The translations under genes were made by a program, and so were the position numbers. From the NCBI GenBank assembly GCA_973851085.1, contig OZ316776.1:2170001-2234000 (forward strand): a DNA stretch of 64,000 nt, in the 5' to 3' direction. The DNA comes from Ptychomitrium polyphyllum (Eukaryota). Each line of letters starts with the position of its first letter. Position 1 is the first letter of the stretch. This document shows, one piece after another, positions 1-13,967 of the stretch. Below the pieces are notes generated by a model. The model made no database searches, had not been told where the DNA came from, and saw nothing but the letters and a program-made list of their open reading frames with translations.

Positions 1-1696
1 TATATGGTAATTGTATAGCCAATGGAATTATTATTTATAGAAGAATTACATAATAAATTCATTGAATACAAATCTAATTTACATTCATGGATTAATACAA
101 TTCTTTGTATGAATGAATAATATAATTATTTTATAATAAAATTTATTCATATATATTAAAAAATAATTATTTTTGCAATAAAAATCATTCATTATTTAAT
201 AAAAATTAGGCACATTAAATAGAACATGTAACATATAAAAGTAAATTTATATGCACAAATAATTATTTTTTAAAAATCATTTATAATCTAAGCTTTAGAT
301 TTGTATAAATTCTAAATTTTAAATACAAACATGATAAGATTCACTTGAACTTTAAACATTTGATTTAAGATATATTTTTTTCATAAGATAATTCATATTT
401 TTAAAGTAAATCTTTATTTTATAAATAATATTAAATATGATTTTATATTTTATATAATTCCAACATTGCATCATTCAAATCTTGATAAATTTAGCATTCA
501 ATTAATGAATTAACTTCCAATTTGTACAAATATATTTATGTTATAATTCTTACTGTAAAATGGAAGTATCAAATAAAAAATTAAAAAATGAACTTTACTT
601 TTTCAATAGAGTATTTGAGCATGGTGTGTAGATACTAAAAGGTTAACAATTAAATAACTTGATTTAAATTTTTATATTCATATAATTAAAACGTGATTTA
701 TTTAAATAATTATGTAAATTATATACCAAATAAGTAACACAATAAAAAAGTTATTTCTTTGTAGTTGATATAAACTATTGAGTTTGCAATCAAATGATGA
801 TTTTTATTGTAAATCATCCTACAAAATTTGATTTTTATTAATTTCAAAAATAAATGGAAGTCTTCAAAATATATGCTCCTATTTGATGTATTTTGAAACC
901 TACAAAATTTGAAATTTCCAATACAAACATATATTGAGTAACTAAAATAGAAAGTTGCAGTAAACTACAATTTATATTTTTGTAACTTTTTGTAAAAAAA
1001 TGGTTTAATTTATATATTTGATTTTATATTTGCAATTCCTTTTTGGAGTCAAATATATAAATATTACATTAAATCATCAAAATAGGATTAAAAAATTAAA
1101 AAGTAGGAAAAAGTGTAAAATATAATAGACCATGTGTAAAAAATAGTTGTAATAAAAGGTTCATAGATATTTGAAATTGATGGGCTAGAGTATATCAGTT
1201 TGATGTGAAGCCAAAATACAGCAGCTCTAGGACATAGATTGTTAAAGTTACTTTGATTTTCTTTTGAAGCTACTTTTAAAGGTGTCATTAGTAACAAAAA
1301 TTTACTTTCATTTGTTTTCATGAAAAATGAGAAAATAATTATGTTTGTCATGTGGTATATTTAATGATAAGCAAGAAATAACACATCATGGTATGGCAAG
1401 CATTCAATACAACATCATGAGATCACAAAAAATTGGTAAATTATTTGTTTACAATTTCATAAAAGTATTGTAAATCTAGTATAATTGACCCTCCTTAAAT
1501 ATTAGGTTTCTAGAGCAGATAAAAAATAACATTTAAAGAAGTACAACTCATAACAAATAAAGATGGTTAATTTTTAAAAATTATATTTATGTAGGTAACA
1601 TTAACCAAAAATGAAAGTTGTAAAAAATAACAATTATCAATAATGAGAGGTACATATGGAGTTATATAACAATTTAAAAACCTACTACATAAGTGA

Positions 1697-1945
1697 TTAT
1701 ACTATTGAAAAATACTTATCAATAGTGTTTTGATGAATGCACTAAACCTGAAGTTTTGTTAAATCTTTTTCAATAGATTTTAGCTTAGAATTAACACGAT
1801 CAACTGGCATAGGATGTTGATTAAAATAAGTGTGAAGAAGTAAAAATGCTTTAGTTACAATTGAAAATTCAACTTGTGGAGGTGGTTGCACCAAATATAT
1901 CACCTTATCTTTCTCTTCTTGAGCTACATTATTAATTTCTATTAT
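1697..1945 (-). mobile_element. Decayed pogo/Tigger-like (Tc1-mariner superfamily) transposase C-terminal fragment
   Basis: Hand translation of the minus strand gives IIEINNVAQEEKDKVIYLVQPPPQVEFSIVTKAFLLLHTYFNQHPMPVDRVNSKLKSIEKDLTKLQV*CIHQNTIDKYFSIV*. An acidic stretch, PPP, a helical segment and a terminal QxxIxxYF PIP-box-like motif match the usual C-terminus of pogo-family transposases. One in-frame TAG at 1742-1744. No TIRs identified. Confidence 0.5.
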
Positions 1946-3183
1946 TTAAACAAAGAAGGAACATTAATAGTTCTTTGGTATAATTTAAACTAACAAAAGG
2001 AAGCTACATAGAAAATCCTAAATTCCATCCCTAAATTTACTCACTTTCATATAATTATACATACAAATGATTTTTTGTATTTAATACATATTAGTAAAAA
2101 TACCATAAATCATTATAAATAACAAAAGTAACATTCATCTAAGGCAAATTTACAAAGGAAAGTGCGTACATTCTCTTAAGTTTTGTAACATTTGGAATTC
2201 TCTCAAATCCATTAGACCACATTAATAACTTAGTACCAACATGCAAATAACAATATTAATTTTTTTCCTCCAAACCATAGACAAATAACAACTTTATCCA
2301 AAAACTACTACTATATTCTTGAAAAGAAGTGACACGTGTCATAGTTCTATTGATTTGGACCCGTAGAAAAGACGGTACATCACTCACAATCCTTGATTAC
2401 TCAACATGGAAGCAATGAAGCTGCCCGGTGCTTACATAGTATAATACTGTATACCATTAACAATGAAAGTGAAGGAAATTGATACCCGTCGCACAGCGTT
2501 TAGGGCTTATAAATGCAGGTCTTCAATTGTCCTTCTGCCAAGTAAAAGACCTGGACCAAAAACCATCAGTTTACCTAATGCTACTATCATTTACCCAGTT
2601 CTTAGATTTACGGAATCGAGGTCTACAGTTTGCATAGATAATGTTGGTTTTCGGCACACATCCCTGACTGAAGAATCATATAGTGAATCAGCTTGAAGGA
2701 AGCTCTTGGATTGTGGAGCCCGAATTATCAAACCTTGAAACATTTTAGGTGTTTTGCAGCTTAGAAGTGCACATGGCTGGTAGGAGCATCTTAGTTGTGG
2801 AGGATGGTATCATAGGTTGTGTGGATTCAGGTTTTGATACCTTGCAAGAAGGCGCAGGATCACAGCGAACCGATTGAGTCCACTTGTGGGTGTTGCGTGA
2901 GATCAGTGGCATGTTTTAGCCTCGAGATGCGGAGATTGAGGTTCTCACTCACGTTGGAGTTCCATTAGGGGTGCCAGAGTGCTGTGATATCTACTGTGAG
3001 TTGCATTTGTAATGTGGGGTTATAAAAAGTTTTGCCTAAGGAGGCTTTCACAGTTTCTAATCCTACTCAGAATTGGAGTTATTTGTATGTGATATCGTTT
3101 TACAGTAAGATGAGAAAGCCACTCTGACAACCTGTTCTGAGCAAAGAGAGATATCAACTATCAAGACCAAGGGCAATTTGGGT

Positions 3184-3200
3184 TTAGGGTTTTAGGGTTT
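3184..3200. promoter_or_regulatory. Two overlapping telo-box motifs (TTAGGGTTT = reverse complement of AAACCCTAA) just upstream of the RbfA ATG
   Basis: ggtttagggttttagggttt at 3181-3200. Telo-boxes are known in the 5' regions of plant translation and ribosome-biogenesis genes. Confidence 0.45.
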
Positions 3201-3222
3201 GTGGTTTAGTGGACCAGGTGCG

Positions 3223-4086
3223 ATGTTGAGGAACTTGCTGCAAGTGGCCATTCGCCGTTCGAGGTGCAGGAGATGCGGTGATGGAGATTTGTTACGAGGT
3301 TTGAATGGTAGTCACGGTTTTTCATCGTCAAGGTCTTCGAAGGGCAGGGGCAATGGTGGAGAGGGGTCGATTCGGCAGCACAGGTTGGCCTCGGAAGTGA
3401 AATCAGTCGTCAGTGCGGCTTTGCAGCAAGGGCCTTGTAATGCTCCTCTTCTACAACGATGTGGTTTTGAAATTGAGCAGGCTAGTGCTTCCCCTCTTTA
3501 TTTGATATGGTGTATGGATTGATCCGTTTTTGTTGAAACATTTGACATTTCTGACTCTTGGACCTTGGAATTAGCTCTTAAAGAGTGAGTTTTAGTGGCA
3601 TTGCTTATTTTGTCTGCATGCCACCTTATTCAGGATGAACACATGTTTTGTCTGAAGGGACTGTTGTCAGATATGGCTGATTGTGGTATCTGCGTACGAA
3701 CTTTCCTTCGAAACATATCTGTATATTGATGGCTTCTGCTTTCCATCTGATTGCATTTGTTCACGCATGAACGTGTTGATTATGCTTTGTTTGTTGACGG
3801 AAGTTATCAAAATTTATGTTTTTTCCTGGTTTTTGTGATTGTGTTTGCACAGGTCAAGATGAGCGGTGACCTAAGGAAAGCTTTCGTCCTTTGGAAAGCT
3901 TTACCAGGAATGCAACAGACTGTTGAGAAAGAGCTCAACACTCGGGGGAAACGACTGCGCTCGATGGTGTTTGAGCATTTGTCGATGCCATTTTCTCCAT
4001 CTATTGAGTTTCGTCAAGATAAAGTCAGTCCTCAAACTCAAGCAATTGATAATATTCTTGCGAAGCTGGATGAAGAAAGTGATTGA
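3223..4086 (+). CDS. rbfA: Ribosome-binding factor A (RbfA) family protein, 163 aa, probably mitochondrial; exons 3223-3480 and 3853-4086 joined by a GC-AG intron
   Basis: The spliced product contains IRQHRLASEVKSVVSAALQQG...GFEIEQ|VKMSGDLRKAFVLW...LRSMVFEHLSMPFSPSIEFRQD. This matches the RbfA pattern R..R.A..I...S..L / IT.V..S.DL..A.V / LR..L...L.LR..P.L.F..D. Donor CAG|GCTAGT and acceptor GCACAG|GTC are both phase 0. The N-terminus MLRNLLQVAIRRSRCRR is Arg-rich and acid-free. Confidence 0.8.
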
Positions 4087-4892
4087 TGTTGCAGCGATCC
4101 GGTTTTTAGACTTGCTTCTCCCTTTCTTGAAGTGAAGACGTCTATGATACGTGTAATAGATTGGAGCTAGAAGAGGACAATGGAATACAGAGCTTTGCAT
4201 ACTCTCAAAAATCTATTTGCTATAAATTTATAAACTGTGATGTGAAATTGGTGCACAGTTCGTTACAGCCAAAACAATCACCAATAAAATGAGATATGGA
4301 ATAGCTTTGAAGTGTGTTCTCCGAATTGCTGATTTTTTATTAGTTCCTTAGAGTTGATACTATCCAGGGCACTAGCCTGATGTTGACGTATATACATCGT
4401 ACATAATGCTCGAGATGAGCAAACGACTGACGTCAGTAACCTGTATACTTTACCCTTCATGGTCGGAAGATACGTGATTAATTAAAAATTCTTGTGAAGT
4501 CTTGCCTCAAAATACTACCAAAGCACATGAAACCGTACTGGTAAAGACTTCTGAAACTACTCCCTGTACAATGGTACCTGAACCATGAAGAATTCTCGCC
4601 ATAGATGTCTGAGCAAATATTTTCTTTTCAAAACGCTGTTGCAGAGACTCTGCCACGTTCCAATGGTGCTTAACCACGCGCCAAAGAGGAGCAAAACGAG
4701 TGGAGCCTTCTGGGATGGCGCTCTTATCAGGTAGAGGTTGCACACTGATCGTCAACTTAAGGAAATATCATAAGTTCAAGCATGCCTCTGATCGCCAAAA
4801 GCATGATAACTGACTGGTAGCTATTTTTGTTGAACACAAGAGCTCCAAGCAGTGGAACTTGAGTTAATTAACTGATGACAATATGCTGGCTC

Positions 4893-7606
4893 CTACCCCG
4901 TTCCTTCCAAATTATCAGTATGATCCATTTCAAAGTCGTCCTCATCCTCATGCAAGAATTCTTCATCCTCCAAATTTTCAGTAGGGCGAGAGTTGCCCAA
5001 AACCTTCGCTTTTATTGCGCCCACCAGAGTGTCACCTATGTCAGTATGATCTTGCAAGTATTTCTTCGCCCCTTCTCGTCCATTTGCAAAATTCTTACCT
5101 TCATACGAAAACCACGAACCCGACTGTCCTAGTATCCCATGCTTCACACCTAAATCGAGGATCTCACCCTCACGAGATATGCCTTTCCCATATTCAATAT
5201 CAAATTCTGCAGTTCTAAATGGCGGTGACACTTTGTTCTTCACCACTTTCACAACGACCGCACTTCCAAAGGGCTGCAACAATCAGAGACATGTTTCCAT
5301 ATTAGTAAGGACTAGAATTTGTAGTCAGAAGAAGCACTATTTGCAAACGAAGGACTGAGATCTTAGCGCACCAGAAGAGATACGGTAAAAAACTAATACC
5401 ACATCTCCACGTTTTAGCTGTTCCTTTTTCCTGACTTGTAAGCGCACAGATGCATAGAACTTGAGAGCATTTCCTCCAGCTGTCACTTCTGCTGTAGGTC
5501 CACCACCGCCATATCCAATGTTAAGCTTTGATCGTGTCTGTAACAAAACGTAACAATATCATCATGATAGATTTGGCCCTAAAATTGTCCTCTACTTCAT
5601 TTAATTCGTATTTGAAAGTAGCTGATTAAATATGTCCCCCGGTTAGAATATCAGAAAATAACCAAAACCTTCATACAAAACGTCATTCATAAAAGCACCA
5701 AGTTTTAAACAATCGGTCAATACCTGGTTGATGAAGATCAGAAGACATTGAGAGGAATTAAGAGAGTGAGTCAGTCTGCGGAGTGCTTTGCTCATCAGAC
5801 GTGCCTGTAGAGCCATTTGGGCATCGCCCATATCTCCTTCAAGTTCAGCTTTTGGTACAAGTGCAGCAACCTGCCAGAAAACCCCCATATCAAAATATCT
5901 CAATCATCAAGTGGTCGAGTTACAGTGCTTGTTTTTTGAAGTCTGAAACAGAAACCGCTCCTAATTTCTTCAACTCGCTCATTTTTAGAGCTACTGCCCA
6001 AGACTACTGTAAATACAGGCAAGTAAATACAATACATTTCTTCCCCACGGGCAGACATATTGAACTTATTGACATAATCGACAGAACTTACGAAACTGAA
6101 AAATGAGCTAAACTAAAAATTTCATCTGATAGGATTGGAGAGAAGAAAACCAGGAAAATTGGGCATTACGCTGTCAACGACGATAACATCAACACCAGTA
6201 GAGCGCACAAAGTGATCGACAGTGTCCAAAGCCTGCTCAGCATAATCTGGCTGAACGAACAAGAGATCTTTGGTACGCACACCGATTCCTTCAGCAAACT
6301 GCATATCTAATGCATGCTCCGCATCCACAAATAGACAATGTCCTGGATTAAGCCATAAATCATATGTTGTCAATTCTCATAAAAAATATACGACATGAAA
6401 AGGTCAAGGGATTCCAAGTGAATGATCAATCTTTGCATTCCATCTAATAGAAAGCAACCATCAAACTGATAGCTAGAACAATTATTTCATGCAAAATAGA
6501 AGCCAACACAAATTTTACCTTTTCCCACTTTCTGAGCTTCAGCAATGACATGCAGAGCAAGAGTCGTCTTCCCTGAAGCTTCTTGACCAAAAATCTCGAC
6601 CACCCGCCCCTGTCGCATGAATGTGAATTTGTTAAGAAACCTTAAATCCTAAGTATAGTTAAGTGTAAATATGAACAGACTAGCCATGAATAACATAAAT
6701 GCATCAAAGGATTCACCTTAGGCAAGCCGCCAACACCCAAAGCAAGGTCCAGATTCAAAGAGCCCGTAGAGACGACCTCGACATGGTCACGACTCTCCCG
6801 CCCGAGCCACATAACCGTCTCCTTTCCATGCTTCTTAGAAATCTGGTCAATTGCTGCTTGTATGAGCCTCTGTTTCGTACATTCAAGGTCTAGATTGGGG
6901 TTATCCGCGTCGATTATCTCTGCTGGCTTCTTCACCCGCCTGCCTACTCCCCACAACACACTATCAACTCAAAGAGTACTCAACCTATACAAGAATCCTT
7001 AAACCCTGAACCCCTCCACATACTCCAAACACCATCTCTGTAACACCTCAACATCTTCACTAGAAATGTACCAAAAACCGGGAGCTTCAATGCAATCGCA
7101 CATGATCCACATCCTTGCAGCTAAAAGAACACACCAGCAGACGCCCCAAAGCACCCTACCTCTCTTAGCCTCAGCAGCAAAACCAGAGCTTTTAGCGAAA
7201 TAAGCTGGTGTAGAAACATCTACAGTCCCCTGAAAACAAGGTCAACTCAGAATAAGGGTTTAACAGAAAACGAGAAGCCCGCAAACATACAAACAATCCT
7301 TGTATTCAACTCAACTGCTCTTCTTCAAGCTTGCTCGAAGTCTCCTCATCGAAACTAAAAGGCGACGAAAACAAGAAACCAAGGAACCATAAACCACAGC
7401 CCGTCCAGAGAAGTAGCATCAACTCACATCACCCACACATGGAAAGAACATTGGGCAAGATTGGCAGGAAAAGTATGAACGTGTATGTGTATGAGTATGT
7501 GTATGTTCCAAACCAGAGATGCATAGGAAGTGGAGGGATCGGCGCAGGCAGAGCAGATACGGTGCAGAAGGTGACGAGATCGGAGTGTTCGCAAAACTAC
7601 CGCCAT
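4893..7606 (-). CDS. RECA: Organellar (probably mitochondrial) RecA recombinase, 8 coding exons
   Basis: Exons encode [45 protein letters not shown] (Walker A), [73 protein letters not shown] and an acidic tail. First exon 7606-7514 ([18 protein letters not shown]) looks like a presequence. GT-AG introns. Confidence 0.95.
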
Positions 7607-9676
7607 GGCTAGCCGTCCTCGTATGTCAAGCTTCTGAAGTTGACGGCGCCGCTTGACGAGACGCCTGCGATCAGAGGCTCCTTATTCTGTTGTGCTTTGC
7701 AACAACAATGAAGACGACAGAACTGAACAAGGTGACTGACAACAAGCTTGGCTTCACTGCAAAGCTGAACTTCACTCTCTCGCGATGCACTCTCTGTAAG
7801 ACCACTCACTCCCAGACGCACACCTAAGTCCGTCATTGGACCCAAAGCACGCTCCATCTATCAGGACATACATTTCATAACATGAAATGTACAAATGGCG
7901 TAGAGGAAAGTGGAAAGGCGTACAAAATAGGACAGTCCCTGTAACTAGCACCAACATCCTGTATGCGATCAGAGCATTACGTGGACGGAGTGTTGGAGTG
8001 TGCTTTGGGTTCAGTAACGGATTCAGGTGTGCATCCCGTTGCGTGTGTCGAAACTCCAATGGGAGGTGAAAGCAGTGTCGTCTCTGAGATCTTCTTGATT
8101 TTGTAGATGCACCGGATTCTTCTAGAATGTACATCTTATAGATCAGTATGTTTTACGACCTGTGTAGGAACATCTGTCCCGATTTTTACTAGTACGCTCT
8201 TCCGGGCATGTTTAATGTCGTTTGGGTTTTTGAATTCTTTTCTAATGGAATTGTGGAGGCTCTTGGTAAATGCGAAGTTTAGGTTGGAACTACTATGTGC
8301 TGTGGGCATGCACAAAAAGTTTAATAAGAATAGGTTTTTGATCATATTTAAGGTCTAATGATGTTTTTTCATAATAAAGACTCCTTCATAAGTTTTAATT
8401 TAGTAAAGAATGTAATCTTCTATTTATAACTAAAACTAGAACATTGACTTAGATACTAGGTAAGACATCATAAATTTCCCTAGTTGATTTTGATATAATA
8501 AATACTTATTATGACATATATATATTCTTGCATTCTTGTTGAGAGTTTCTTCAAACAATACATGAACTCATCTAACACTTAAAAGAGTCCTGCCTTTGAA
8601 AATAATGATCTAATTAAAAAATGCACTTATTAAATGCAAGCACTTCATTTACGGTGTTAACCGCAGTTATTAACTTGGAGCTGGAAGGCTCTTAACTGGG
8701 GGGTGAGAAACTCACCTAGCTCAACTCAGCTCCCCTTTCCCCAATTGAAGATAAATAGTTTACAATAGAAGATATATAGTATGTAATAAGTTTATTGCAC
8801 GTTGCTCTTGAGCGCAAACAGGATCTTTTAGATGAATTATCTGTACCCCTGTTCCCTATGAAATTTGGCATCGACTGTTGGTTTCCCTCCAGGTGGAGGC
8901 AGAGGAATAGTTCTTATTGTTGATTCTCACATCCTAGGTGAGAAGAGTCTTTTGACATTCGGTTTTGCGGTTTAGGTAGGGTCGGAAATGCGTTCCAACC
9001 CTGTGTTTGCCCAAAAATAGTGTCGGCCATATGTCTTGATAGTCCATACAGCACAGATCCGAGGACCTGCATGGTATATTTAACCAACCGACCCTTTTAG
9101 GCTTGAAGGACTTTCCTTGTGGTAATATACTGTCTTGCTGCCCCAGAAGCTGCTAACAATATGGGGCAATCACCGCGATGACTGTAATGACAGGAACGAG
9201 GTTGCAGGACTGTAATCACTAGCTTACTGTGAGCACTTGATCCCAAAGTGATTACTGGTTGTTGCACTTGAGAAGGAAGCAAGAGCTTGAAAAGAACAGA
9301 TTTCCCGCGTTTCTAAAAAGAAATGAATTTTAGAATATCATCGAAGATCCTTTTTGCACATAAAGGACTTGAAACTACAGTGAAACTACATGAGATGTTT
9401 CACATTTCTAAAGCAACTCTAAAACTTCATCACTATTCGCTAGAGAGAACAGGTTATCAAACTTGTGAGAATGAGATCATCTTGATTCGTCTGGTAGCCA
9501 TGGTTTTGCATAAAGTCCCAAGAACCACAGTGCTACTTCTCCAATTTGCATCTTTAGTAGCTGCTTGCTGTCTTGTTACTGTAACCGGTCATCCAAAGTC
9601 ATGAAGCAAAACTGACGGATAATTTAAACCAACTTTTTGAATCACAAAACTATCAAGCATTCAAAATGGCACGTTT

Positions 9677-12600
9677 CTACAACAAGCGTTGAAGAGCGTC
9701 CTGCACATTTTGTGCTATGCGAGAGTGCAAGGATTCCTGCCAAATACACAAGTGTCGTCAATATTTCACTGCACATGGTACGGGATATCTGACGCTTTTG
9801 TCAATTTAATATTGAAGATTCTACAACATATGAAGTAAAGTGGGTTCTCGTGAATGGAACGTACATGGAGCGAAATACAGTTTCGTTAAAAAAGTGAACA
9901 AACCCTCACCTTTGTGTCGGGAAGCATGAATTTGTTTCCAGTAATAGTTTCATACAACACTATGTATCTGTGAAAGGGCATCCGAAGGGAAATTATTTTA
10001 GTGATCGAGGGACAATAAAAAACAGGCGACATCACATATTCAGAATTAAGAGACGAAAAAGGTGGTACAAAAATAATCACCTCCAAGACAGCTCTGCCAC
10101 CAGTTCCTTTGGCGCCTCCGGCAACACCTGCAAGACATGTAATAAAATTTCAACTTGGGCCACCTTAGAATTGGACAAAAAACACCTCGCTGCTACTTAC
10201 ACAAGACACTATATCGTATGAGCGTATCCTTGAACATCTTGTGAAATCGCCAACTATTTGGATCGCTCTGCTCGGTAGATCAATTGCCAAGTGACAACAG
10301 GTGATAAATTATGGACAACCTTGTGAACAAAATTATCACAATAAGTTATAAGTCAACTTATATCACATTTTTTGACAAATCCACGACTCACCTAAAACAA
10401 CCACGTAAATCTCACCCACAGAAAAAATGGGTTTTTCTTCATATAACATGATGTTCGAAATAATCACCTAAAAGTTGATTGAAGGCAGCTACCAAAGAGA
10501 ATGAGGTAGGAATCATTAAGAGACTTTATAAATCAGGACAAGCTCCACATACCTTGTCATTGTAAGGGTCGCACTTGCTCTTGAACCACAGGCGCAGGAA
10601 CTCCTGCAACTCGACAGCACGTCGTGACACGGTTATATAATAGGAGGGAAAACCCGCTGAACCTCAGAGATACAGGTACTAACGGTTCTCTAAAAATCTG
10701 ATTGGATTAAGGAGTTGATGTTCCCAAAACCCGGTTATTTACTTGTACGTTCTCCAATCACGATGAAAAGAAAATCGAAGTGACGAACCTTGTCAATGTT
10801 TTCAGGCTCTAGGCCTTGCCTCTGCCTTTCTTCGTAAGAGGCTGCTATCCAAAAACGGCTGGAATCTGGAGTGTGCACCTGCAGTAAGAACATAACAATG
10901 ACTAACTTGTGTATTTTCAAATCGACACTAAGGCCGGCCAGATCAGGTAACACTGACGCCCAAGTACACTCGCGTAAAGGCACTAGAACTTGATCCAAAG
11001 ATGGAAAACGTACATCGTACTTCAGAAAGCAATAAAAGCATCCAGCCTGTACAAGTGAACTTCTAAAATCAGAATTAAAAACTGGACAGTTAACATTCCT
11101 ACGTCAGCTAGTGAAATTAAACAAAGGTTGTCCATTACAAGGGTACTAGAGATAAAACTGGTGAACAAAATAATGAAAGCAGAGAGCAAGCACTTCACCT
11201 CATCAATGAGAACAATGATCCCATCACTGGTCTTGCCGAACTCATACTTGGTATCGACTAATAGCAAACCATGCTTCAGAGCCACCTCCTGCGGATACAG
11301 AATGATTTACAGCAGGGCTTAGTATTAAACAATAGTGAATGCATATGACCGACAATTTTTCACAAAGTAGATTGACATTGCACCTGTCCGAATTTGAAAA
11401 GCGCAAGAGCTTTATTTTTGATCTCCTCGTAATCTACCTTTGACATCAGTCCTTGTTCTACTATCTGTAAACCTCACCATCAATCACACAATGTCAGCTT
11501 CACGTAATAGCAGCAATTTTCAAGAGTCACACCTAGTATTACAGAAGACGCTGAACCACTTTGCTCTCTCTGAACTGAAAACATGAAGAAAAGGAAATCC
11601 CAGAAATATCATATAAACATCACGCACCTCAGCTCCTGAAATAGGAAGATCATGGTCAGCAGCCTTAGTGGTAGGAGTTATTATGTTGGCCTCCAACTTC
11701 TCATTCTTCTTCATTCCTGTATATAGACAAACACCATGTTTAGACACCGTTCCATTAGAAAGACTATCCAAGAACTATGATTATAATTATGCGCGAAACA
11801 AACACTGCAGAACTTGCAGGTTCAAACGTGGATTCATTACCTTCAACGAGGTCATTGCCACAGTAATTGCGGACGCCCTTTTTATAAACCGTCCAAAGCG
11901 AAGTACTCGTGCTACCAGTCATAAAGCCTCGTACTGGAAACATACATGAACACAGCGGAAGAATTGAACTCAATACGTCATTGCCTATCTAGTGATTATG
12001 GTGAAAAACATACGGCAAATTCCGGTCCAACAGTAAGAGGCACTTAAACAAATATTTGTCCACGAGATTAACAAATTAAGCTGCGATTTAGCTGCCTGCT
12101 CATACTTTAGGGTAAGGACAGGAAGGGGGATGTTAGAAATAAATATCATCTACTCTTTCCAAACTGCCAAAGAACGCACATTCAGGTAACCGAATAAGGA
12201 ATTACACAAATGGCTCCAAAAGTGCAACGTTTAAGTTGAAACAGCGATCCGAAGACTTGTCAAGATAGTAACTCCTTGAACTTGTACACGGCTCTTAAAA
12301 GACTTCAATCGATATGGTTTGAAGTGACAATTTGGGGTGCAAAGGATGGGAAGAACATATTACCTACAAATTCGACAGGAAAAACTGTACACTTCTTAGC
12401 AATAGTGACGTTTGGGTCTGGAGCACTAACGATTGCATTATCTGTAATGTGCTTGGTGTTATTAAACCACCAGACGCTTGTCTGATTCAACACCTGCACC
12501 GCACCACACCAATGATTCTCACTATCCAGAGCCCGTGCATGTGTAAGTACAAAGAAATTGTCACAGCACCCGAAAAGCCGAGGGTTTAGGGTTTAAGGCG

Positions 12601-13337
12601 TTTACGAACTTACCTGACCCTTGAAAGGCACAGAGGCGAGTACACGATCGAATGCACTCTGCCTATCAGTAGTGATCAACACCATGTAATCTCCGGCTTC
12701 ATAAATATCTCTAACCTGCCAACAAAACAATGCAGGTGCAAATTTGTTACAGAAGCGAACAACAGGAAAGTAAGTGAACATAGGAAGGCTATGTTACTGC
12801 GATTGCGTATCAAAAAGGAAGGTACTTTCTAGAATGCTTGACTCCAAAAGAGACAGCGCGCCCAAATAGATGAAGCAATTAGGTGATTTTAGAGATGAGA
12901 AAAACAAAATATGTGGGATATTTGCTCACCTTGCCGCGAATCTTTGGCCCCAGCAACGGAATCGTGTCGTTGAGATGACTCTCGGTAATGCAGTTGTTCA
13001 TAGCTTCGTCGATCGCACTCTCCACCTCAGGCCGCCGCGCATTCAAGTCCACGGATGAGGTCACGGCGGCATTAGGAATCCCCATCGCCGCACTCTTCAT
13101 CCCTGCAGGTTCAATCCTGTCCTCTCGCAACAAGGAAGAATACTTTGATGCACCGGTCAGCGTAGCTCGAGAGGAAAGAGCGACGAGCGAAGTCGAAGGA
13201 AGACGAAGCTTCGCAGAGCAAAGTGGGGATGCGTATGAGCTGGCACGAGTTGGCGCGTCAGCTCCTAACGACGACGCACGCTCTCCAACAGAGGAAGCAT
13301 AGAGATGCCTCACGCTCATCATTGCTGCAGCAACCAT
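9677..13337 (-). CDS. purC: Phosphoribosylaminoimidazole-succinocarboxamide (SAICAR) synthetase, plastid/organellar precursor, multi-exon
   Basis: Exons encode GPKIRGK|VRDIY, TDRQSAFDRVLA, FPVEFV, TGSTSTSLW, ITPTTKAADHD, LLVDTKYEFG...LIDE|VHTPDSSRFW and DKEFLRLWF. Last exon 9736-9677 reads ESLHSRIAQNVQDALQRLL*. The N-terminus is Ser/Ala-rich like a transit peptide; the exact start ATG is uncertain. Confidence 0.93.
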
Positions 13338-13967
13338 CTCTACCAACTCCCACAACCTCCCGCCTCTCAACGCTTCCAGAATCTCAAACCTCCAAACTCA
13401 ACACAAGAACTGCACTCCACACCATCCAAGCTCAATTCAACACAACACTAAACCATCATATACTCCCCGCTCTCCACCATGAAACTTCACAAGCAACCCA
13501 GGCGCTGAACGACGACCCAAGCAACTAAACAAAACGACCCCAAATGGATACACTCAACTGTCCTGTGATTCTGCACTGATTCCTCGCTACCCCAAACACA
13601 CGTCACGACTGCCTCACTCATCATCAGAAATGCCATTCCGGTATAATCCATCTACAGATTCTGCTGAGAGAAAGGGAAAAGGCAAAAAGAAAAAGTAAAC
13701 AAAACTTTGGTTTTTCCAATTCGACCATCTTCCTCGCTTCGACTCCTGAGTCGTCACCATAGGTATTTGTTGCTTTGTGCTTTGTGTGTGCGACGGAGGG
13801 ATTCGGTTTCATAATTGGAAAGAGAATCTGGGTGCAGTTGGGGGGACAGTCTCGGTCTTTCTGGAAGCGGAATCCACGAGGTTGCAAGATGGGCAGGGCG
13901 AGGTATGGCGGAGCGGCAAACAGCCGATGACGGTGATGAATCGACGGGGTTGATCATCAACATCACG

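Noticed and set aside
8676..8745. Fold-back (GGAGCTG...CAGCTCC enclosing GGTGAG-AAA-CTCACC) as a miRNA precursor
   Set aside because: The pairing is short and interrupted, and I recognise no mature miRNA sequence.
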